Positions 53,121 through 64,000 of a stretch of 64,000 nt of DNA are shown here, in pieces (the first letter of the stretch is position 1; the number at the start of each line of letters is the position of its first letter). The position numbers were made by a program, and so were the translations under genes. Source of the DNA: Paramecium tetraurelia (lineage: Eukaryota). The DNA lies in contig CT868018.1 of the NCBI GenBank assembly GCA_000165425.1, positions 13,204-77,203 of the forward strand. The letters run 5' to 3'. Below the pieces are notes generated by a model. The model saw nothing but the letters and a program-made list of their open reading frames with translations. It was not told the origin of the DNA and did not search any database.

Positions 53121-55513
53121 ATGTTTTGCTGTGGAAGGAATGGGAATTAGCAGGCTTAGAGGAATAGAATGACAAGATTCCGTTTTTCAGCCGAAGAGGT
53201 TCAAGAATTGCATCGAAGGTAATATGCATACTTAAACAAAGATTTTAAAGAATGACTAATGGATCTAATTTTTTAACAAAAAATCAATTTAGAGACAACA
53301 TGGGACTACTTGGTCTTGAAACAGTTCAAGTGTTGAGTGATTGTTTATTTTAAATTATTGATGAAGATCAGGATGGTAAAATTTAGTTTAATGAATTTCT
53401 TGCTTATTTCGATAAAATCACATATGGTTCTCAGGATGAAAAGGCTGAGATATCATACAAATTAATCGATTAAAATAGAAAAGGATATTTCACATTAAGA
53501 GATTTCTAATAGACAATGCAAGCTTTGATTGATTCTTGGGTCGTTATGACGGGAACTGCGATAACAAATGAGATAAGAGATCACTTAGAAAAAAGAGTTG
53601 CCTACATATTCACCTAAATGGACAAGAATAATGATGAGAAAGTCTCATTTAATGAATACAAAGGAATTTTGGCTAGCGATCCATCCCTACTCGACATATT
53701 CGAATTCTTAAGGAAAGGGATAACTATATCTATTAAAGAAGCAACATTAAAATAAGATTAGATAGTTCTGAGTGAGTTTTATTTAATCAAGGATTAAGCA
53801 GTAGACTTATTTGAATTGATGATAGGATTGAAGCCAAATAGATATTCGACAACTTTATAAGCAAAGCCAAATTTAATTTCCAGTTTAATGTTTTGTTAGA
53901 AGAAAATGTACAATTTAATAATTGATTTTCAAGGAGACAAAATACAACTAGTTAGTTTGGAATCCAGTATTTGATGGGGGAAGAGATCGATGCCTTATCA
54001 TTGAGGATGTCAAGCACTTTAAATGTGAATAAGAACCGTCAACAAGGAGCAATTTAGACCAGTCAAATTATATGTGCCACTAGTTAGATTGGTCCATTCA
54101 TACATAGAGGAGATCAGGAAATTCCTATCAAAATAGATTATAATTTGTAATCAAAAGAAAGTGAGGAAACCTTGGATCCAGAATTGACTGATGGATTAGA
54201 GAAGATTAATTATATGGCAGAAGACTAAATAAGAGATAATTATAAAGAAGCATTAATTAAGATTCACGAATTAAAATAGCAAACTTAACAATCTTTGGAT
54301 AGATTAGAAAAAATGTATTAGAAGAAATTGGAAGAATTCAATGTCAAAAAGAAGAAAGATTTAGAAATAGCTGAAAAAAGAAGAGCTACAATAGCTAACA
54401 TAAATAAAAAGAGAAAAACAGCTTTGTCTGTATAATTTGGACATTAGAATTGGAATCTAGTATTAAATATGATGATTGGAATTTAAATGGCAGTGAAGTC
54501 AGTAAATGCCTTAAGTGATTACGAAGTTACATTAAAAGACTTTAAATTAAAGTACTATTTTGAACTCATGCCAAAGAGAACTGGTAATGAAAAGGCAACT
54601 TTTAAAGTTTGTAAATTCTTTGATTACGCTCCTTAAGTGTTTAATCACATTAGAAAAATGTTCTTTATAGATAATGACAATTATTTGAGTAGCATAGGGC
54701 CTGAAACACTATTATCAAGTATCTTAAAAGGAGATCTAAGTACACTATCTGAATTAACATCTACTGGTAAAAGTGGGAGCTTCTTCTATTATTCTTAAGA
54801 TGGCATATATACATTGAAAACAATTTCAAAAACAGAGTTCACTTTTATGAGACATATCTTATATAATTATTTCAAACATCTTAAAGATTATAGGCAATCC
54901 TTGATAATTAAGTTGTTTGGAATGCATAAAATCATTTTGGATGATAAAAAAATACATTTTATCATTATGAGTAATGTATTCAAAACATCCCACGAAATTA
55001 ATTTGAGGTATGACATTAAGGGGAGTCTTCACTAAAGGAAAACTCCTAGCAATGCTGATTATACTGTGGCAAGGAAGGATTTAAATTTTTTGGAATCTCA
55101 TGAAAAAATTAATATTAGGGTTGACAAATAAAGTGAATTACTCACTTAATTATGCAGAGATGCTGATTTTTTTGCCTAAAATAATATTATAGATTATAGT
55201 TTACTCTTGGGGATTCATGAAATTAATGTTCTTCAAAATTCTTCCAGGACTGACTTACTCCAAGATTAAGAATCAGAAGACATTTCCATAATACAATCAA
55301 AAACTGGCGATAAAATTTATTTCTTTGGAATTATTGATATATTGACAAATTTTAAGTATTAATAGACATTTAATTTATCGTAGCACTAAAAAGAAGATAG
55401 AGTACTGTTGTAAAAGATGTTTTCAAGGCCCTGACATTTCTGCGATACCTCCTCATCAATATGCTGAAAGATTTAAGAGATTTATCACGAATATGTTTAG
55501 AAATAATGTCTGA
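53121..55513 (+). CDS. EF-hand (NCS-like) phosphatidylinositol-4-phosphate 5-kinase
   Basis: EF loops DEDQDGKIQFNE and DKNNDEKVSFNE. PIPK motifs FFDYAPQVF, GKSGSFFYY, IMSNVF, YDIKGS, KDLNF, IIDYSLLLG, GIIDIL, PPHQYAERF. Confidence 0.93.
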
Positions 55514-55648
55514 CTAATTTAATTTCTCATTGATTATCTTAATATTATTAATTGTAACAACAAAAAGTTTAGATATGAATTTATTTCTGTTTATAAATTA
55601 ATTTGAAATAGGTGTGTAATTCTGTATTAATAAAATTAACAACTTTAA

Positions 55649-58600
55649 ATGTTATTAAGAGGAGGAGGTTGTGGAAGTTCAACACCAAAAGATTAATCTA
55701 ATGTCATTACACCTAAACTGTTTGAATAGAAGATACCACCAGATTTGGTTAATTAAATAAAACTGCACTCCACTAAAATTGCTTAAAATGCTGTTCTAGT
55801 TTTGGATTAGCAATCAAATTTAATGAATAGTTTTTCTTTTTTTTAATTGAATGCCAGAGCAATATGGTTATTGGTGAAAAATTAAAAATACACAAAATAA
55901 GTTATAGATTTAGTTTTAGAGAGTTTAGAGTAACTTTTTCCGGCTTTCAAGAGTTTTCTCTAATCTAATCTATTATTTGCACTATACACTTCATAAATTG
56001 TAACCTAGTTGACTTGGGTAATGTTTACATTCTTTTCAACAAATAAAGACAGGTTTTTGGAGTTATCTAAACAATAATAATATTTAAATGAAATGGATCA
56101 AATAAGTGAGAGATTGGAAATAGAGAGTGACTCTTCCCGTTACTAAAATCACATTGAATATGAAATATTCGTAATTTAAGCGATTATTTTTATTACGCCG
56201 ACAAATTCAACTGAAGGTAAAGAAATTCTTGTTAAATTTTTGGGAGGTGCATTCAAAGCCATTGCAACATTTTCATTAAATGATGATTTGATAGATAGTT
56301 TAAAAGATGGTGTAGCATATCTATATCAACAAGGGATTAAATATTGTCGATTGAAAAAGTTGGAATTGATTTATTCTTTACTGACTTTAAAGTACGATTC
56401 TATGGATTAGATGGAAAGAAAAGGAGAAACTAAATAGGTTGTTGAATAGTTAGGAAAGATTTATAGTGAAATTATCAGAGAATCTAATGATTGGGAAATA
56501 TGGTTTACATGGATATAAATCCTATCTTAATTGTATTGTTTCAAACCTATATTGGAGAACATGTAAATTGATTAGCAACTCTATGAACAAATTACATTCA
56601 AAGAATACTCTATCCCCATTATAAACAATAAACATGTCCTTGCAATAAAAAATCAACATATACAGAGTGATTAGACTACTAAAAAGTTATTTGACAATTC
56701 TTTAATATTGCAAGGACAAGCTCTTTTATAAAATATGATTTTGTAAGGCCAAGGTTTATTGCATAATATGGAGTAACAATACTTTGCCAGATTATAAATT
56801 CAAAGAGATTCCTAATAGGAGTAAGAAAATCTTATGCCTATCTCTTCAGCCAAAATCTCATCTATCCTCAATGTAGCCAAGCAAGCATAGGAGGAACTAG
56901 TAGAATTTTATTAACTAATAAATTAAGATGATTTAACTGATGAATCGAAGTTAAAATAGGCTGAAAAAATATTGAAGAATCAATAAAGAGCTTTGTTGAC
57001 TTTATTATCAGAAATAGAAAATGTACAGCGTTTACAAAAACTAGTGCAAGTACTCATTTAGAATTCAGAAAATGGCAATGATATTATAGAAGAATACTAC
57101 TAAATTTAATAATTAAACATCTAATAATATTTAAATGGCCTTATTAAAAGTTAAAACAATAAATTTTAGGAGACATTTTAAAAAGATCATTTTGTAGTAG
57201 TTATTGATAACTTGTTCTTAAAGTCTTCCAATTCATAAGACTTTCAAGTATAATTACAAGGATTTAAATAAAAATAAGATGATTAAAGTGTAGTGAGAAG
57301 TCTTATAGAAGCAATAAAAAAATTGCAATATGATTCGAGCAAATCTAGAATATTGAGTTTGGACTCTTTAATAGGATTGAATAGTGCAATATCATTAATG
57401 TTATAAGAGAAAGTAGCTTTAAACTGGAATCTTGAATTGAATTTGGTTTTATAAGCAAGGATAAAAACAATAAGTAATGAAAAAAAATAAGAAGGGAATT
57501 CTTAAACTTATTAACAAATAGTATAAAATGGTAATTAAATGATCCCATTTGAATCTCTCTATTAGTCAATAAAATTCTTATATACACAATACACCTAGTG
57601 CGAAAGCAATTAGAAATTTAAAACCGCAGAACTTTAGTTAACTAATAACCTTGAAAAACTATTAAAGACTCTATTGATTGAAAATTTTGGATCCATTAAT
57701 CATATTAGTTAGCTTTTGATGAAGAATTTATTCAAGGAAATCAAAAGGCCAGAGGATGTTAATTTCGATATAGAAATTCTGAAAATGATAGAAACTAGAG
57801 TTCAAGATACTATAAATTATGTCAATTAAATATAAAGTTCAATCAAAATGATCTCAGACTTTCTAATGTATGAAAAAGAATCGAATGCTGATAATAGAAC
57901 TGATGTTTAGATATTAATAGATTAAAAACCGTTAGCAGAAATATAGAAGATATTTCAATAAAATCAAATAAATAATTTCTAATTGTCAGTGTGCGTTTAA
58001 AAATTGAATTCCTATTTTGACTCTTTTTTTATAGTGTTCTTAAATTTTGAAAATGCTTTGAAGGAGAATGATAAATAGTTCTATCATTAAGTACTAGAGA
58101 AGAAGCAATTCCTTGAATCGTTGTTATTCTTTTTTTAGTCCTTAGTATCATTGAATATTCTGAATAAGAATGATTAAGAAGTGGCTAGCAGGCTTAAAGT
58201 GGATATAGATAAGAAATTCTAATAGTTACTTGATTTGGAAATAGTAAAGCCCGCAAGCTTTAATATTGATACTAATAATAAATTAACAGATGATTTCTAA
58301 TTTTATTAGGACATTTTTAGTTAATTAGATGATATAAGATAAAATTAAGAAGTTTCTTTAAATAAAGTTAAGTAATTTATAACCACTTGCAAAGAAATCT
58401 TATTGCAAGTTGAGAATCTAAAGACTGTGGAGAAACTAAGTTAACAATTGCCAGAATATGAGACTATGTTGTTGGAAACCAAAAAGTTCATCGATTAACT
58501 TATGGCAATGCTGGATATTAATTCTTTAAATTTAAAAGTAGAATATGGGACAATTCAAAATCTATTAGAAAAAAGTTAGAATTATCAGTATCAAAGGGAT

Positions 58601-61600
58601 CTATAATCATAAATCATATTTATCTTGAGTTAAATTGATACTGAAGAAGTGGAGTCTAATTTTTTGGAGGAGTAAATAGATATTATCAAAGAACAACTTA
58701 TGGATATATTGAGTTAGAATAAATGGAGGATCAGACAAGTCATAATATTCGAATTATAATAAATGAGAACTTTCAGTTTGTCACAATAAGCAATAAACTT
58801 TAGTTCAGGCTTGCTAGTGAAATTCTAGGTTTTTGAGACTGATAAGAGAATCAAAGTGTTGTTTGAGAGTTAAAAGGGGGATGGTTCTATTTTGATCAGT
58901 AAGTTTTGGCCAAGTTAAGAGTAATAGATTTAGAATAAAATAAAAGAGAAACTAAAGGAATTAAATAATGTAGCGTAACAATTAGCCATTGAAGACGAGC
59001 CTATCAAAAAGAACTAAATGAAAAAGGAGTATGCCAGATTGGAAAAGGAAGTTTAAGGTATTTTGGAGAATGTTTAGAACATTGGAAACTCATTAGGAAT
59101 AACAGTGCTGTTTATGCAAGACCTTAAATAGGATTTATTGAGGATAGAGAGCTAAATACAATAATTGTAAGAATTGATGGAGAATATCAACTAAGATATT
59201 AAGTATCTGAAGGGACGGTCAGTGAAGGAACTTTTAGAAATGAGAATGCAGCGAGTCTTGTAATAAAGATTAATTCATAATTCTGATAATGTTTACATTT
59301 AGATCTAAACTAAAGAAAAGAATTTAGAGGAGGGCGTTGAAGATTCAGAATCAATTTTATTTACAGAAGATCTGTTTGGGAATGGGGAGATAAATGAATT
59401 TATATGGAAATAATAAAAAGATTCCTTATTGATACATGGATAAGCCGGATCAGGTAAAAGTACTGCTGCTAGAAAAATTGAGGAATTCCTTTGGGTTACT
59501 TATTAGAAAAATAAAAATTAACAAGATTATGTTCCGCTTATACCTATATTTGTTTCTTTGCCTTAGTTGAAAGATCCAATTTATTGTGCTATTGAAGAGA
59601 CTTTGAGGTCGGATAATTATAGGTTCAGTGAGAGATAGGTTGAAGAATTAAAGGAAGCAGTAGAGACAAAACAATATAGATTAATAATAATTCTAGATAG
59701 TTATGATGAATTAAAATAATAATATATTGGATTAAATCTAAATGCTTCCAATAAAGTAAGTAAATGGAGATGCACTTCAGACAAAAACAAATATCCCAAA
59801 GTGATAACGACATCAAGATCTGAAATATTCACTGTAAATGGTTATTGTACTTGGTTCTTTTCTGAATCAAATTAGATCAAATTTTACAAGGAAGTGAGAC
59901 TATTGAAATTCACTGAGGGTCAGATCCAATAGTACATAGATGAGTATACTCAATTGTGTGTGAAGAGAGTCATCAAAGACTTCTATTTTGGGGCATATTA
60001 AGAATAGAATTATCAAGAATTCGAAAATTTCTACAATGAATTGGTAAAATAAGTCGGTATAGTGAATTTTCGATAAAATAAACAATAGATGTTGAGTAAT
60101 GAAATGATAAGTGCTCTTTTGCAAAAGTGCAAGTAGTTTGTGCCAAATGAGCATCTAAAAACCGTTCAATAGATGTTGACTGAAATATGGTCAAGTTGGC
60201 ATTATCAAAACTTTATTAAATTGATGAAGTTATAATCTCTAATGGAAACTCCCTTTATGGTGGAGATAGTTATGGCCGTATTACCTTATATAGTAAAGTA
60301 AAGATAGGAAATAAATAATATAAAGGACAATTTTATTAGGAAATACATATATTTGAGCAAGAAAGGGGATGCAATTTAGAAATAAGCCTTGGATGAGTGG
60401 TAAAGAATTCTAGGTAATCAATAATTCATCACTGAATTTGTTTAAGAATTTTAGATCAGTGAATAGGAGAAGAAAATTCAATAATATTTTGAGCATCACT
60501 CAAATATAGACATAATTAAGTAGGCTTTAGTTTAGGAACCCTTATCCACATATGATTTTTACGTTGAGTTTTTTGAACATTATTTTAAACGACAAATTAA
60601 TAAGTTGAGAGAAGCTGGAGAATAAATAGAGTATGATGCTATGGGTAATGAATTATGGGAATTTGCTCATAAATTAGCAAATAAAATGACATTTAATAAT
60701 TTGAGTTAGGTTCAATTTCAACCTAGTGGTTTGATATTTAAAAAAAAATAAACTGATTGGAAAGATAAGTTTTTTAATGATGATGAGAAAGAGGGTGTTT
60801 ACAAAAGATTATTCAGGAAGTGCATTCCTATTAAATAAAAGAGTGGCATCTATTCATTTAATCATAAATCGCTTTAGGAATTCTTAGTAGCAAAATGGTT
60901 TATTGAACAAATTACTAGGATGACTCTTGAAGTCTAAGGTAAGTATGCTAATCTCAAGTAGGAAGAAAAAACTGCAATATTAAAATATAATTTCTTTAAA
61001 TAATCCTGGGATTTGGATTATATGCAAGGGCCAATTAAGTTTATCATTGATAAAATCAAATTTAATGAAGAAATCAAATAGAAATTGATGAATCTAATTA
61101 ATTGTTCTAAAATGAGTAAGGAACTCGAAATGGGAAGTTCAAATAGTTTATATATTCTCAACTAGATGGGACAATCATTTATAGGATAAGATTTTTCAGA
61201 AATTAGAATTAAGGAAATTAGTTTAAATAATGCTAATTTCTTTAATTGCAATTTTACTTCTTCAGTATTTACCTAAGTTAAGTTATCAAGAGTGAATTTA
61301 AATCAATCCAAAATTAACGACGTTTTTTGGTAAGAGATTTAAGTAGATGAATTACCAAGAATAGAATCGAAACTAAACTCAATAGATTAAATCACTTACA
61401 TAAAGAGTAGAGAACTCTTCATTACAATAGATGACTTATCAGTTAAGCAATATAATTTATATAAATTATAGGAAGAAAATCAATTAAAATTTGAATTTAA
61501 ACCAAAATTAGCAGTATTATCAAACAATGAATAGATTTTAGCACTAATGAATAATAATGAAATATTGCTATTTGACATTATCAGAAATAATCCAATATAA

Positions 61601-64000
61601 AAATTTATATATGGGGAGTGTTTCTCATGTTATAAATCATGCATTACATTTAGCCCAGATGATAAATCTATAATTTTGGGAGGATCAGATGGGGCTGATC
61701 AACTTTAGATAACAATAGAATATTAAGAAATTGAAAACCAATTGAAATAATAGGTTGATAATAAATCAAAGGTAAATGTTAGTGCAACTAATTCAAAAGT
61801 AAATCCTAAGCGTTAGAATGCAAAAGGAGATGAGAAGGAAGTTCAATAAAGTTAAATAGGTTAATAAAGTTAAATAGGTTCAAATATATAGAGAAGAGAA
61901 TCATAAAAGGTGACCATTAAATTGTTACCTGATGTTATTGTTTCTCCTGATTAATTTACTTCTTTGATTGATGAACATGTAGTTAGTGTAAAATGTGCAA
62001 AAATTGTAGTTTTTTAGCATTATACTAACACCTTCTCTATCTGCAATCCGACTGATAAAAAAGTTGAGACTCACGAATCAAGATTGTAGAGAATGACTTG
62101 CTTAGATATCAATAAGGATAACACATTGATTGCCATAGGAGGTTATTAAGGTGAAATTCATATATTTTAAGTGAATTCAATAGATTCATTTTTTGGTTTA
62201 GAAGGTCATAAAGATTATGTATCACAATTATAGTTTTCAAGAGATGGAAAAAAATTGGTTACTTGTTCTTGGGATAGAACTATAAGATTGTGGAATACAC
62301 AATAGTAATCATAGATCAGCCAAACTTCATTTTATTTGAAGCCAAAAGTTCTCTCTTTAAGTTAAATAAGTGATACATCATTAGCATTGACAGGATTTTC
62401 TGATGGTTTAATTTAAATGTGGGACTTGGAAAGTTCTGATTCTAAATTGGATTAAGAAAAGGGACATAGTTTGAAAATAACCTGTGCCATATTTTCACCA
62501 GATGGCAAATTCATCATCTCTGGATCGTTTGACAAAACAATCAAAGTTTGGAATATTTAGACTGGCCAATAAGATCAAAATCTAGTTAAACATACATAGG
62601 CCATTACTGCTTTATCTATATCGAACGATTCACAATTATTATGTTCAGGTAGCTTAGATGGATACATATACCTTTGGGATTTCTAAAAATTCAAGTTCTT
62701 ATAGGAGATTAAACATTATGGATCTGAAATTCTAGACATAAAAATTATTCTGTTTAATAATGAATATAGAATCTTGAGTCAAACTAATGAAGAGACTGCT
62801 CAATTATGGTTTAATAATGATTACCAAGAGTATTATTTACTTTATGATTACGATGAATAATAGAAGGAGAAAAGAAAGATGCTTGGATATGAATGTAAGG
62901 AAATACTGAATCTGTCTAAGGGTCTATAAGTGGATGTGGGAAGGAGTTACAATATACTATATTATTTTTTGAGAGATTAGAAGATAAGTGCATTAGAATC
63001 TAGTTTTGATAACTAGAACAAGTTGATTGGAACTGACAAGGGAATCCTCTTGATTATTCAATGGAATGGGTAATCTTAGTAGAGGATTGTTTCTTAGAAT
63101 AAACCATTAGAAATCATCAAAACTATTAATCACAAATATTTTCTCACCATCACTGAGTAGAAAATACAGATATGGAAATTTTCGGATTACCTAATCAGAG
63201 ATACAGTAATAAGTGGGGATTGGAAAATCGTTGATCTTTTTGTTTGCAATGATAATATCTATTGTGGAGGTAACATCATTGAGATTTGGAATGTCCATCA
63301 GAAGACTAAATTGATAAAGAAAATTACTCCGACTGATTCCTTATCAGCTATTGGATACGATCAGAATAAAAATATTGTATATGCTGGACTAAATAATGGG
63401 TCAGTAATAATTTTCGATGTTTCCTACAATAATCAATCGGTATTCAGTGCTCATGATGGATAAGTCAAAAAGATTCAGTGGTTGAATTCTAAGAATATGT
63501 TATTTACTGGAGGGGATGATTGGAAACTTAAATTATGGGATTCATAGAACAATCTATTGAAAGAAGTGTCTGTTGACAATCCTATCTAATCGTTTTTTGT
63601 GTCCCTAGATGAGACTTATTATATTTTATAGTAACTTAATTCAGTGTCTTTATGGGACTTAGATAATTTAGAACGTGTAGAATACATGGTTAATATTTAG
63701 AAAACTTCCAAGGTTTTAGCAGTTTTTCCAAATTAGTAGGTGTTTTGGACAGAAGATACTCAGGTATCAGTGTTGCCCATCATGAATAAAAAGATTAAAT
63801 TTTCATTACTATAGTCCAACAGATCCCATTTTTCTTCGACCATTGCAACAACTGATAAAATGATATTGACAGCTGACCACAAAGGAAGTATATTCTTTTG
63901 GAATTTTGATGGAGAGAAGATTAAGTAACCCATAGTTTTGGACAAAAATGAATTGAGATCTATGGCTATATCTCAGGATTATACTAAAGTCATTCTAGGA
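55649..64000 (+). CDS. NACHT (STAND) NTPase plus pentapeptide repeats plus WD40 repeats, NLR-like; 3'-truncated by window edge
   Basis: Frame is conserved from ATG 55649 to the window end (>2780 codons). Walker A HGQAGSGKST at 59438, Walker B LIIILDSYDE, ITTSR, FNHKSLQEFLVA, pentapeptides (LNNANFFNCNFTSSVF), WD40s (GHKDYVSQLQFSRDGKKLVTCSWDRTIRLWN). Confidence 0.92.

Overview
AT-rich, gene-dense eukaryotic DNA from a ciliate macronuclear genome, almost certainly Paramecium. TAA/TAG read as Gln (genetic code 6), TGA is the only stop, introns are 22-31 nt GT..AG, and intergenic spacers are as short as 8-40 nt. The supplied standard-code ORF track therefore shows only fragments or antisense artefacts. 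Manual translation with code 6 gives about 30 protein-coding genes. Recognisable ones: a beta/gamma-crystallin-domain protein, ZNRD2/SSSCA1-like, a kinesin-RCC1 fusion, a PDI-like protein, SND2/TMEM208, a GPR137/TOM1-like membrane protein, CFAP47, a RING-Tudor protein, SQT1/AAMP, proteasome beta-7, PRMT5, CLPTM1-like, a TmcB-like PAS membrane protein, TRAPPC11, an RRM-KH-RBR E3 ligase with a degenerate DEAH helicase, an EF-hand(NCS)-PIP5K, and a >2780-aa NACHT-pentapeptide-WD40 (NLR-like STAND) protein. The last begins with a ubiquitin-type LRGG tail directly before a GCGSS acylation motif. No rRNA, tRNA, CRISPR, telomere or transposase was recognised. Gene models were built by eye, so boundaries and introns need RNA-seq confirmation.
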